Shown here: one piece after another, positions 27,001 through 41,600 of the stretch
How the letters are laid out: each line of letters begins with the position of its first letter
Numbering within the stretch: the first letter of the stretch is position 1
NCBI RefSeq assembly: GCF_902652985.1
Contig: NC_047015.1
Coordinates: forward strand, 35,030,001 to 35,094,000
Direction: 5' to 3'
Source of the DNA: Pecten maximus
Lineage: Eukaryota
Length of the DNA: 64,000 nucleotides
Program-made: the position numbers and the translations under genes
Notes under the pieces: model-generated
Told to the model about the DNA's origin: nothing
Seen by the model: only the letters and a program-made list of their open reading frames with translations
Databases searched by the model: none

Positions 27001-30000
27001 CAAAAACCGGGTCACTGTGACCTATATTTTGACCTCTGACCTACATTAAAGAAAAAGCTTGTCCGGGCTCTATCTCCTACACTATAAAGCACTAGAACTT
27101 AATACTTAGTAGTATTGTTCTCTGTGGGAAGGCAGTGTGTCGCGTACCAAAACCGGGTAACTGTGACCTTTATTTTGCTATATTTTGACCTCTGACCTAC
27201 ATTAAAGTAAAAGTTTGTCCGGGCTCTATCTCCTACACTATAAAGCACTAGAACTTAATACTTGGTAGTATGGTTCCTTGTGGGAAGGCGGTGTGTCGCG
27301 TACAAAAACCGGGTCACTGTGACCTATATTTTGACCTCTGACCTACATTAAAGAAAAAGCTTGTCCGGGCTCTATCTCCTACACTATAAAGCAATATACA
27401 GTACTGTTGAATTCAATGTAAGCATAACAAACAACATCTTGTTATTATTATTACAATTTCATGTCTATTGCAGTAAAACCTGTCTATAAAGGATACCCAA
27501 TAGAAAAACTAAAGGTGTCCTTCATAGACTTGTGTCCTTTATATAGAGATCATTTATAGAGTATACCTACAGTGTACATGTATTTAGTGAGAATGGGATG
27601 GTTCCTGTATAGAAGCGGGTCTCTGTAAACTACATCTTCACCTTTCAATACATTGAAGAAAATACATGACCTTATTGCATCTCGAGATTCACACTCATTG
27701 CTATTGGATCTCGAGATAACAACCCGGTGGGGGACTGTAATTCGTTGAATTATCTTGTTTTAGACAGGTGCTAGTTATAGAGAGGTGGTTATTTTAGACA
27801 GGTGTTAGTTATAGAAAGGTGGTTATTTATTTAGACAGGTGTTTGTTATAGAGGTGGTTATTTTAGACAGGTGTTAGTTATAGAAAGGTGGTTATTTATT
27901 TAGACAGGTGATAGTTATAGAGAGGTAGTTATTTATTTAGACAGGTGTTAGTTATAGAAAATTAAGATTGGTTGTTATAGACTGGTGATAGTTATAGAGA
28001 GGTAGTTATTTTAGACAGGTGATAGTTATAGAGAGGTAGTTATTTATTTAGACTGGTGTTAGTTATAGAGAATTTAGATTGGTTGTTATAGACAGGTGAT
28101 AGTTATAGAGAGGTAGTTTATTAGACAGGTGTTACTTAAAGGGAGTTACAGATGCTGCAAGTTACTAAGAAGAGAAAGTTTTCAAAAATTCAGAAAATTC
28201 AGAAAAAGGTAATTATGTGTCCCTGAAACAATGTATTTGTTGATTTCAGTTAAGATAAAGTTCATCAGTAGATAATTTCATGACAACAGATGTTACAATG
28301 ATGGTTCAGAGGGTATAATTCTGTCTTCACATTGTATTGTAATATCAACACCCAATATTAGTCATATATAATTATCAACAACAGCTGTAAGTCATAATCA
28401 TCCTCGCCCAGATAAAACTTCTACCACCTCGTAACAGATACTGTGTACGATATGAATTGATCGTAATTTTTGACGTGAATAATTCTTACAATGTAAACCA
28501 CCTCAGAGTGAAAAAAAAAACCTGTGGAAAATCAATTAAAGGCATTTATTAATGAAGGACTGAAATAACACTTACATGTGTAGATATGTACATGGCTAAA
28601 GACCTTCACCATTTCTAATCAGGGCTACAGGTAATTAGTGTGACAAAGATTTCAAGGAAATTGCTGTCTGTATTGGTACTTTCCATGAGGTGGAAATGTA
28701 CTTTCCTTAATTTAGTTCTATAAGGAAAGTATTAAATACTATTTCTGACTACATGTGGTCAAATTACATTGATATAACTTAGAGTAGGACCTTAATTTAG
28801 AATTGATTATCATAAATTGTAAGTATACTTCTATAATCATTTATAGGGCATCTTTTTTCCTACTGTTATTTTAGTGAACAATTTGGATTATCTTATGGAA
28901 TTTTGAATTCAGGGAGATAATGGTTTAGAGAAGTATACTAATTGAATTGATTATCAGTACATATACATGGTAGTTAGTGAGACATCTAATTAGTGATTAA
29001 TGGTATAAAATATATGACTCACAAAAACTCAGATATTTGCAGTAATACTGACTGTACTAAAGTACCTGTTGGTTTCCTTGTTCCTGTCTGACTAAACATT
29101 GTTTATCGTAACAATAAATATGTGGTCAGCATAACTGACCAGTCCATGATCAGTGATCATTTGCTGGATGTCCAGTGGGACTGACATAAAAATCATGCAG
29201 TAGACATTTCGGGCCATTGAAGTCGGACATTAATTGTCACAGTTTATGAATGGCCAATCATTTAATTTCCCACTATTTACGCGTTAACTGGTCATTATAT
29301 TGTCATACTCATTCCTCTTTATACCTTGTAGGAAGACTCCATGCCTTTTTATCTTACTTTTGATCAGTATTTTCTACTTTTGCGGGGTTTATTTTTTTTA
29401 TTTTTTTTTCAAATATAACAATTTTTTGTATAGAATACTCTAATTTAAAATATTTTGTCAATAGACATCATCATTGAAATTTTTTGCTGACATCCTTTTA
29501 TTTTAATTTTAAAGGTAATTGTTTCTTATTTCTTACTTGCTTCACGGAATTGAAGAATATGAAAAACATTCACTCAACAGTTGAAATAGAACTGTTATTC
29601 AACAAGAATCCAGTAGTTTTATATTAGATATGTTTACCTTTGTAGAGATAAATATATAATTTATATGTTCTGACTATTATATACAGATCAATATTTATAG
29701 CGTATGTTGGATATTTCCCAGCTATCAAACTCTATTATTTATAAAAGTCTCTTACCTCAAACTGATGTTTTCTTTTGTCATAATGATGGCCATACTAGTA
29801 GGCAAAATCCTACACACAATGAAGTATTATTTTGTTCACCAAACTATTGTTTAGGCGTTGCTGAATCTACCTTCAGATCAGCCCGAGTAGACGGCCACTT
29901 CTAAGGAGTGTTGTGTCTTTTAATTCTTAAACTTTGATTTATGAATTTTCAACTGTTATCTTTAAATTCAGAGAAGAATATACAGAGTTATTTTCAGTTG

Positions 30001-32666
30001 AACTTAAAAATTATATATTTTTTTTGCACTTAATACTAATTTTTGTTTGTTTTTCATGTTTTATAGGAGAGACAGACCAAGGCGATGGAAGCTATCGCCA
30101 ACCTGGAGATCCCCGGGGAGCTAGCCTATGTTTACAGTAAACTGGATGGTAGGTTTACAAAACCTTTCATTTTACCTTTACTGGAACAGATATTCATTAC
30201 CTGGTTATGGATTCTTATTAACATTTTAGTCAGCAAAAAATTAAAGGATTTAAATCAAAATGGCGTTATAAAATAATGTTTTTATTGCAGACTGGCAGTC
30301 GGTACACACAGAGCGTCACATTGGCCAGGTGTCTGGTACTGTAGCCCACATGGATCAGAAGTACCAACTTCCAACAGATGTTGATTCTCACGCATTCAGC
30401 AAATTTGCCAATGTCTATTTTAGTGTAAGTTGAGTAAACCACACAAAATGTCTTCTTTAAGGGGGATGTTTGTTTGTGGTTTCACAAGTCAGATGGTGAT
30501 GATTAATTTCAATAATTAGCTATTTATCCTAAGATTTAAATAAGGAGGGGTTTCCATAGCTAGGTCAGTTTGTATGATATTTGAAATTATTCAGGAGAAA
30601 AGCATTCAGGCGAGCCCTCAGAAGCTATCTAAGAAATGGTGCAAAATCCTGCACTCTGAGAAAGTGATCTATGGTATATATGATCTACATTCAGCTGTCA
30701 CCTCATACCATCACATAGTGGTACAGCTGTCACCTCATACCATCATATAGTGGTACAGCTGTCACCTCATACCATCATATAGTGGTACAGCTGTCACCTC
30801 ATACCATCACATAGTGGTACAGCTGTCACCTCATACCATCATATAGTGGTACAGCCTTCTCCTCATACCATCATATAGTGGTACAGCTGTCATCTCATAC
30901 CATCATATAGTGGTACAGCTGTCACCTCATACCATCATATAGTGGTACAGCTGTCACCTCATACCATCATATAGTGGTACAGCTATCACCTCATACCATT
31001 ATATAGTGGTACAGACTTCTCCTCATACCATCATATAGTGGTACAGCTGTCACCTCATACGATCATATAGTGGTACAGCTGTCACCTCATACCATCACAT
31101 AGTGGTACAGCTGTCACCTCATACCATGATATAGTGGTACAGCTGTCACCTCATACCATGATATAGTGGTACAGCTGTCACCTCATACCATCATATAGTG
31201 GTACAGCTGTCACCTCATACCATCATATAGTGGTACAGCTGTCACCTCATACCATCATATAGTGGTACAGCTGTCACCTCATACCATCATATAGTGGTAC
31301 AGCTGTCGCCTCAGACCATCATATAGTGGTACAGCTGTCGCCTCATACCATCATATAGTGGTACAGCTGTCGCCTCATACCGTCATATAGTGGTACAGCT
31401 GTCGCCTCATACCGTCATATAGTGGTACAGCTGTCGCCTCATACCGTCATATAGTGGTACAGCTGTCACCTCATACCGTCATATAGTGGTACAGCTGTCA
31501 CCTCATACCGTCATATAGTGGTACAGCTGTCACCTCATACCATCATATAGTGGTACAGCCTTCTCCTCATACTATCATATAGTGATACAGATGTCACCTC
31601 ATACCATCATATAGTGGTACAGCTGTCACCTCATACCATCATATAGTGGTACAGCTGTCACCTCATACCATCATATAGTTGTACAGCTGTCACCTCATAC
31701 CATCATATAGTAGTACAGATGTCACCTCATACCATCATATAGTGGTACAGCTGTCACCTCATACCATCATATAGTGGTACAGCTGTCACCTCATACCATC
31801 ATATAGTGGTACAGCTGTCACCTCATACCATCATATAGTGGTACAGATGTCAACTCATACCATCATATAGTGGTACAGACCAGGATGATTCTCTTCAAAT
31901 GTCCACAAGCTATTTTCAGCTGTCAATGAAAGATCTTTTGAACTTTAAAGTGTATTATTAACACTTGTCAATTTAAACTACAAACCTATGTATCACCTTT
32001 TGGTAGAGGAAGATAACTCTAGTTTCTCACTCAATCCATTGAAACCATATCTAAACTGGACTGACGAAAGGAAATTTGAAGTGTTATCTTGTCTGATGAA
32101 ATAGACATTGATGTAGATTGATACTCTTATCTTGAGATAAAACAAGGCATTTGACTGGTCAAATATCAGATGAAACAAGGCATTTGATTGGTCAAATATC
32201 GGATGAAACAGTATTTGATTAGAATCGATAAAACTTATTCAAGATATTAAGATTGATACTTTATCATTAATAATGGTTCCAGCCTCCGGCCCACCCAGTA
32301 AGTATGTAATCTGTGATGAGTAGAGGTTCATGGACATACATCTATTGCATGTGATAACATTATATATATGAATGTTTGCTCGATTTTAGAGAAGTAGAAA
32401 ATGTATTTATGAATTGTTTTGATATATGTATGAACTTTACTTATTGTTATGAAATTTTAAAACCAGTGTTTTGGATAATATAAAATATAAAACTTTGCAT
32501 GATGTAATTTAAAAACAAAATTTCTACAAGAAATGAAGATATTTTATGGGTCCTTATAACTACTCCTTATACTGTGAATATTTAAAAAGATTCACTAAAA
32601 TGTGGAAATTGTCACTGATGAAGTTTTTCTCACATGCCAAATTTCAAATCAAGAGTATATGTGCCC

Positions 32667-32697
<31 letters not shown>

Positions 32698-35600
32698 AAA
32701 CAAAGAGGGAAAAAAGCAGCAAACAAAAAAAAAAACAAAAAAAAATTGTAATAACGAAATTTTGAACTTCTGAAAAATGTTCTCCCACACAACACATCAA
32801 GTTATTATCAATTATTAATATGGTATGAATATTGGTATTGCATGTATGAATGTTTGCATGTTGGTGATTTTCAGAATCCCGATTGGGGTGTGCTTATGAC
32901 GCCTATTAAGGCAGGTCTTACAAAACTCCAGGGTGAAGACCTCAACAATCGGGCTGTGTCCGTCTTCAAAATGGTGGGTATCGCATCATTTTATACGTCT
33001 TGAAATTTACAACTACAATATGTTTATTTCATGGGTATACTGTATTTATCGTGAAATTAGCCCAGGGGGCCAACAATAATCTTGTGGGCTTATAGCTGAA
33101 AATTGAAATGGCATTTATTAGCATTTTGAGTGCAATGCAATAGACATGAGTGTGTTTATTACCAGGCATGGGTTTATTGTCGTAATATGTATGTTATTTG
33201 GTTAGTGTATCCCGGATTAATGACAGATTTGTTTTAGTCCAATGTAATTGTGAACAGGGAATGGAAAAAATAAGAAATATTATCAGAAATATTAGCTAAT
33301 TATTTAAATATTTATGCATATACAATGTACCTTGATTGATCTATTTCTATTGAAGTTATATATTTGTATTTCAAAAACTCATCTTTGAAATTAATATTTT
33401 GATTTTTTATTGAAAAGTTTTTAAGAGAAAGGACAACATTGTGTTGGTTTTGAGGTACATTTTGTGTCTTTTAACAAATTTAAATATTTTCCGAATGTTT
33501 TCACTTGAAGATTTTGCGGTACATGGGAGATTCTCACCTAAGTAAAAGGAGAGAGAAGGCTATGGCAGACTACATAGTACAGATGGTAAGTTGCTCTCCT
33601 GAAATCTTGATAAAAAAAATGTACCTTTATAGTAATTTTCTCATACGAATGCTTCACACCTGTTTTGTGTTTGTGATACAGGGTCTGAACAACGAAGGAC
33701 TTTGTGATGAAATTTACTGCCAGGTTGCTAACCAGTGCTGGAACAACCAGGACCTAACAGCTTTAGGACGGTCCTGGAGTCTAATGGCCGCCTGCCTTAG
33801 TGCTTTCCCTCCTAGTGAAAGACTCTTCAAATACCTACTCAAGTATGTAGAGTGTCAAAACCTGGTCAAATTATGTATAAGTGTCAAAATTGACATAAAT
33901 TCTTACATGTAACTGCTCAAGTGTATGTACAGTGCTGGAGTCAGTAGCTTATAGATGTGTGAAACAGAATTCTGTCGATGTCAGTTTCTGTTAGCTTTAA
34001 AGGTATGAAGAAATCTGATGATTAAATTGTTCTTTTTGATATCACCATCAGTTGAAATGATGATAGAAGATACTATTACCTTGAGACAGTTAATATTTAT
34101 TGGATAGACATATACTACACCAGCTGGTATGGTTAAATAATAGAATGTGAAAGTGGGGCAGGAAAAAGCTCAAGACTAAGAGGTCCAACACAATTAGGAT
34201 TTCACTAAGAGGTCCAACACAATTAAAATTTTGCTAAGGAATCCAACGCAATTAAGATTTCACTAAGAGGTCCAACACAATTAAGACTTCACTAAGAGGT
34301 CCAACACAAGACTTTACTAAGAGCTAAACTTGTTATTCTACCTCCTGTACTATCTGTAACACCGAGCTCCACTATAAGATACAATCCTGTCATGGTATCA
34401 TAAACTGCTGTAGGAGAAAGTAGAAAACATTCAAAATAAGTTTGATTTACATTTGCTGAAATTTATCCTATAATAGGAATTGGAAAAACTAAAGCTGCCT
34501 GAAAAATAATGGTTGTGTTTTGTTTTACCTGTTGTCAGGTTTGTTTCGGATGTTGGATTTTGTTTTACCTGTTGTCAGGTTTGTTTCGGATGTTGGATTT
34601 AACGGCCATAAGATAACATGTCAACACAAGGCATTACAGTGTGCCAACATTCAACCCCAGTTAAGTCGCAGTTATCCCCCCTGTCTACTGGAGTGGCATG
34701 CCATACAGCAATTCACCAACATGGCACTACCTGTCCGGTTCGCTGATGGTAAGTCTATTTCATTACCGACTTTGTATTGAGGATTTGCGAAGTTTTCATT
34801 GATTATAGGGGTCATAAAAAGTGTCAAAAGCTTAAGTGAATTTGATGAATGTTGTGGAAAGTGTTAATTGGGTGACTACTGCACTATAGTAGTAACTTGT
34901 TTAATGTGTGTGTGGTCATGTCTGTTACAGATGTGTGGAAATCAATGATGAACTTAAAATGAAAAAAAAATTCATTACAAATTCAGTAACATCAATACAA
35001 ATCAAAATTGATTTTACTAATTCTCTAAAAAAGAAAAAAGTCCATAGACCTTGAGATATGGCTGTACAAACCTTACCAAAATTTATTTATTTATTTGTTA
35101 AACATTTTTGGTACAGATGTCAAAATGTTTGGACCGGTAGAGTCGTGGACATCTGGAGAAATCTTTACAAGTCATCTTGTCAGCAGTCGGTAGGTACACA
35201 TAAATCACTGTTATCAAAATATACATCATAAATATATATATGCATAGCATACTGATTGTGTAATCAGCTAAACCCTCTTATTAAGCAACCTGTTCAAGAT
35301 TCTGCAATAGCCATTTTGAAAACGTCTGTTTCTGAACTATATCACTATTGCTTGATTTAAACAGATTTCAATGTATTAAGTTGGTGAGTCCATTTGACTT
35401 CTGGTTCTAGGGGTCTGACGGAAAACAAATACGGCTGGACTGTGGTTCTTCAGGAGGAGACAGATTTCTATGAGTTGATGGGGTATGACTATGTCCTGGA
35501 TCTAATTAGTGAGATGGAAGTTCCCCCAGGATTTCCTGCCAAGCCTGCATACTTCCTCGTGTCCCGAGACAAGATGAGGGAACCAGTTGGAGCTGTACAT

Positions 35601-38600
35601 CATCTATACAAAGATTCGTAAGTAGTTAAATTAAAATCAATCTGTAGAATTGTGTGGCAGGTTGTCTTCTAGCTTCAACATATTATTGAGAAACATAAAT
35701 GAAGCTTTACATAATGACTCCTAGGTGCTTTGAGCTGACATAGAAATTTCACTTACCGGTAATAAAATGGCTCATTTTATTTTGAATGATTATAGGCCAC
35801 ACAGTGTTAACAAGGACAGGTTCATGGTGCTAGTGGGCAGACTGCCAGAATTATTAAAGGTAGAAGCATCACGTCTGGAGAACCGAACATTCACACCACG
35901 TACAAAAGAGAATGAAGATAAAAAGAAAATAGAATTTTCGATGACCAGTGCTCTCAACCGACGTCCGACTGAGATCATGATGGATGGACTGTCTGCAAAT
36001 TCTGCCTTGAATCTGCGTTACACAAAAAGGAAAGCTCCGGGACCACCACCATCGGTCACAAGTAACGGTCATAACGGCCACAATGTGACAAATGGACTCA
36101 GCAATGGCCACATAACTCCAATCTTAGAGGATGAAGGCACTACCCACGGACTAGCAGGGACTAAGTTAAACCAACGGTACAATAGCGGTTTAACAAATGG
36201 AACACCGCGTGTACAAGATCTGAGTTCTACGTCCAAACTAAACGCTAGATATGTGAAATCTTCAGCAGTGGCGAAAAGGATGAAAAATGGAGCTGCTGAT
36301 AGGATATCTAGACGGGATCGTGGTTTGGAAAAAATGTCAGCTTCATCTGATAATATGTCTGTGGGTACCGGACAAGAGTCGGATTGGTCCCATTGGGTGG
36401 AGGATGTGTTCAATAGTGCTCTCAATGAGCATGTTGAAACCCTGAGTGACGCACGGTCCATGGAAAACCGACTGAAGGGTGGAGGTAAAGGCGTTCCTGG
36501 CCCGGGGATGCAGCCTCCACCTGCACCGCCTTTGTCACTCCCACTCATGAACAATGTTAATGTACTTCCTGTAGGGGGAGCCACTGGGCTCGGATCTTCT
36601 CCATCCACGGCACAAGGAAGCACAGGTAGGGGCAATAACTCTATCATTAAACCTATTAGAGTCGAAGTTCAGGCAAACCTTGGGATATAGTATGGTATGG
36701 TGTAAGGCAAATGTGAAATTATCCTGAATTGTTAATGTTGATAGATATCCTGATTTGTTGTTTTGATCCTTATATGTCATTTGACTGACATCCTGTTGTG
36801 TCGCTTATTTTGACAGACACACTAATGCAGCAGATTCAACAACAGTTGGCAGTCCAACAGTTGGCTCAACAACAGGCTCAGCAACAAGCTCTAATGCAGG
36901 CCTACCTTTCTCAGATGGTACGTTACTAAATATCAATTTGATTCATTACATACTTTATTCACAATCTAGGAAAAATATGTAAACATTATATATTTGATGT
37001 AATACAGAACATTTACCAAAATTGAGTACTTATTAAATTTGTTTTCATTTTTAGACCCAAATGCAAGCCCAAGCTCAAGCACAGGCTCAGGCTCAGATGC
37101 AAAACCAGGCGGCACGACAACAACAAGCCCTGTTTCAGTCAGCACAACAGCAGGGACTCCAGCAACAGCTGTTACAGGCAGGATTAGGAGGGGGTGTCAA
37201 CGGGGTCCCCGGACTACCCGGTATGGGGGCTACAAATGGGATGGTTCCTAATATTGTGAGCCCTGGGTCCAGCATGAACTCTGTCGGACCTTCCCCGTTC
37301 GTAACTCCCAGGGATCAGCCTGTGAATGGATCTGTAGCTTCTTCGTTTAGTACTACACAAACTGTACCTGTGACAGGCATAAACACGATCCAGACAAATG
37401 TAGGGGGTGTACCAAAGAAAGTGTATAAAATACGGACACAATTTGAGGGTCGCACCGAGACAAACGAGTTCAAACCGGCTGAGCATATTCCTCCCCTCAT
37501 TACTGCCAATCACGATAAAAGTTTACATATCACCGAACAAAACACAGAAAGTGAAAGTCATAAAGTGCGACAAATGGCACTACCTACACTTCCTCCTCCA
37601 CCTCCTCCTGCTTTCCAGGATCAGTCGGTGGTCAGTCCACGAATGCCAGCCCTGCCACCTGCTCCACCACCACCACCTATGATTCCCATAAATAGTGACT
37701 CCTTCAATAGGGAGGACGGCACCTTCACCTTCACAGATAAGAAAGGTCGTGCTAGAACTGTAAGAATTGGCAGAGTAGTGTGGCCTCCACCTGTGGAAAA
37801 AGAATCTAAATCACGGCCAAACGTGGGCAGGCTGGAAATTGACGAAGGTGTTGCAAACTCCATTGAAGAGCAACATGGTGCTCGTACACAGCAGAAAAAA
37901 CCAGCACCGGCCCCTCCACCAAAGGTTAGTCATATTTACTATTAAAGGTGTTTGTTTATGTATCTAAAAATATATGTGGTTAACCATTCATGTAAGGAAG
38001 TTCACCAACATAGCACCACCTGTATGGTTCATTACCTCATGTCAAAGTGAGAGTTTGATTTCTGACTTATTTCAGCATGAACCGGTCAAGTCAACAAAAT
38101 CACTCACAGAATCTGTTCATCTTGCCACTCTCCAACTATTGGAGCAGAAACTGGGAACCAAGGAGCAGAAACTGGGAACCAAGGAGCAGAAACTGGGAAC
38201 CAAGAAAGCAACCCCACCTCCATGTAAGTACACCCACAAGAACCTCTGAGTGTTGTCTGCTCATAACTGATCTGCTTGGTAGTGAAACATGTTGGAGAAC
38301 CTTTGAGTGTAGTCTACTTGACAGCTGATCTGCTCCCAGTTTCATCAACAATTCTATACTTAAGGAAGTTCCTTAACTTCAATTTTTTCCCTAGAAAAGC
38401 GTTACAGAATTTAAGGAAGATTTCTTAAGATTTTTCCTTTAAAAATTTCCAAGTTAAGGAACGTTGACTCAAAAGCTAGAGCTTGCTCCATAGTGAAGCA
38501 GAAATAAAAAACAATCACAAAGACAAATCTAAGTTCATTGTATTTATTGGCATAGAAACTCTGCAAGATTATTTCAAGAACAAAAATTTGAGGATGGCGT

Positions 38601-41600
38601 TACTCTGAAAAAGCCCAGCAGACATATATGTAAGTACCACAGACTCCATTCCTTCATCAGTTGTTGTACATGAATAATTAATGTTGACAGCTCCTCCTCC
38701 ACTACCCAAAACCCTCCCGCCAGTTATACCACCCCCTACGCAGCCAGTCCTGGAAACCAAGGTCATCGAAGTGGCACCTCCCCCGAAGAAGGAGAAGAAG
38801 ATGAACATCGACTTTTCTTCTCTGGAGCGTGTGGTGTGTCGTCTCTACCCACAGGGCAAGGAAAATTATCTAACCTACAACAATGTGCCCTGGTCGCTGA
38901 ATGTCCGTAAAGAGGTTAGCTTTTATGGTGATAGAGTGATTCTCAATAGCAAGATTTGTGAATTTTTTAAAACTTTATAAATCTGTTGTAAGGCTGAAAT
39001 TATTGTTGTTTTTTGAAATCATGATTTATTTAATATTTGGTTCAAAAATCAAAAAAAAAATTATATTATTACTGGATAATTATGAGAAAATATTGAACAG
39101 ATGACAAAAGATGATCTAAAAGATCTTGACGTGGTTAGAAAACTTGTACTTTAATATTGCCCTTTATACTTTAAGGTGTTTCACCCTCGAGAACGCCTGG
39201 AGAATCCTACCGCCCTTCATGTCATCTTTTGCCAAGTTGTAGAGGATGTTTACAACCATGGTTGTATTCGCATTGGCAAGGATGAGCGTATAAAGATGAG
39301 AGGCATGCTGGGTAAGGGCAGACATTTTGTTTGGTATGATAACTCACCATCCTTGATAGGTTAGGTACTCAGCCTGAGAAATCTCTTTAGTTAAGAGTTA
39401 TGTCCTTCATTGCCGGTCAAATAAAACGTTCAACTTGTTCTTCTGAATTGTCAAAAAATTTTCATGGAATGGGCAAACAAATTTATTCAAGGACATATAT
39501 TTTTTATAAATGGTATGAAAGTTTCCCATAATTAGATAAAATCTTAAGCCCTTCGTTTTGTTTACGGAGGAAGTTTTTTCTTAGTATCGTAAGGTTTCTC
39601 GTACATTAAGTACAGTCTACCTTGTTGTTGTAAGGTCTTCAGCTATTGGTTGATATTTGTTGGCATGACTGAACAGTTTTCACTAATATAATAAGATATT
39701 TGTATTTAAGTAAAAACTATTTTCTACCTCTGTTTTCATCAACAGAGAATTACGGTATAAACAGAACAAACTACTTGACTGGTAGTTTCTCCAATCAAGT
39801 GAAGAAGATTGTCGTGGATACCGCCAAGGAATGGGGGACATACTTCTCTCGTCTCTTCGCTGTCGCCGTAAGTTTTATAAGATCTATAAAGGACATAACA
39901 GAATCTGAGTCTGCCAATCTGTCAAGTAGAGTTGGTATCAGGTAGTTATGTGTATAGATGACAAAAGTTTTAACTTTAAATTTTGTTCCCTTTTTGGATA
40001 CATAATTGGTCAACGTCCTTTTTGTGTCTATATACAGACCTGCTCAAAAGGTTACCTATGTAAAACAAAAACCTGTGTATAAAGGTCACACAAACAGTGA
40101 ATCACTATATAAAGACTGCCTGGCTATAGAGGCCACTTCTCTCTGTTCCTGGAGTGGTCTTTTTAGACAGGTTTGTCTGTATTTTATCAATGGATCAGTA
40201 TTGATTATACTCCGACATCAGTAATACTGTGATTCTAACGAACATAGAACCATGAGTGTCATCACTATGCTGTTGTCTGTGTTTAGGGTCAGTCAGAGAG
40301 AGGTACAGTACGTTACATTGGAGTGAGCCATTCTGGGATCCACCTCATCGACCGTGAGCGGTCTATGGTCGATGATAATCTAGAAGTACTTGAACACTTC
40401 AAATTTGAGGATGTCATTGATATTGTCATGCCGACCAAGGACACAGTTCAAATCAACCTCAAAGACAAATCCATGGTGTTCTACACAAATCGGGTAAATA
40501 GAACTGTCATTACTCATTTTGAGATATATTGTGTAGTATTTATTTAGTGACATTTTTAGCATGATTCTGTATAGAATATATTAAAAAAAATTAAGACAAG
40601 CCAAATTTTCTTTTTCAATGTTTTATTTTTTGTGAATTTCTATATTATTATTTGTCATCTTGATCAAGATGAATACTAGATACATGGAATAATATGTAAT
40701 GAAAATAGCAATTATTTTGCAGATTCTGACATTTTTTAACCACTTTAACTTGTTTTAGTATTGTATAACTTTATTTTGACATTTTATGTGGAATATTTTG
40801 GACTGTTGTTACAGGCGCTGCAATTGAAACAGATGATTGACATGTACCTCAATGAAAGTGATAAGGTATGATATTGTTTTGTGAAAATTTTGTACTATAC
40901 AACTTTTCAAATATGACTTTGAAATTCTTAGATTTAACTCTGATTTATAATAACTGTCACAAAAAACTGAATATTTTCATTTTCTCTGATATTGATCTCC
41001 AATGTGTTGATATTTGACTTTCGATCTTTCCAGGGTAACAAGTATGTTATAGCTGTGAAGGATTACATCACGCGTGAATCCACGTTACTCAGCTTCAAGC
41101 GTAGTGAGATCATCAAGCTTGTTGATGCTGAACTACCATTGGAAGATGGTAAATATTGAATTCTCACAAAATGATTTCTGTAAATGACATTTTTTCAGCA
41201 ACTGCATTAAAGAATATAAAGTACTGGCTTGGAAAATTAATTTTAATTTTTTCATTGAATTTTTTTTAAATATTGAATTTTGTTTCTTCCAATAAGGTTT
41301 CATTATTTGTTTTCCTGCTCTGTAGGTTGGCTGTATGGTTCATTGAATGGTGTCCTTGGATACTTCCCGGCCGAGTATGTCAAACCTCTACAACGACACG
41401 AGGTCGAGAGGTCAGGGGGTATGAAGGTAACTATCACTTCAGACAAATTTCTCCTTGTTTCCCCTGTTCGATCATTTGGAGGATAAAGATTAAAGTTAAA
41501 ATGTGAAGGGTCCAAATGAACGACCTTGGGATCCTAGAGGTCAAGATTACAGTTTATGATATTTCACCTGATGTTGCTGTTTCTCATGACTATTTAATCT

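Noticed and set aside
32663-32745. Poly-C/poly-A run giving a [14 protein letters not shown]
   Set aside because: Simple homopolymer sequence in an intron.
38534-38636. Extra exon ending at tat|gtaagt (38629)
   Set aside because: The donor is strong, but the plausible acceptor (catag, 38555) gives an immediate stop after the phase-1 upstream exon. The only in-phase AG lacks a pyrimidine tract.
35790-38808. Antisense and alternative-frame ORFs over the large exons
   Set aside because: Shadow ORFs of GC-richer myosin coding sequence.
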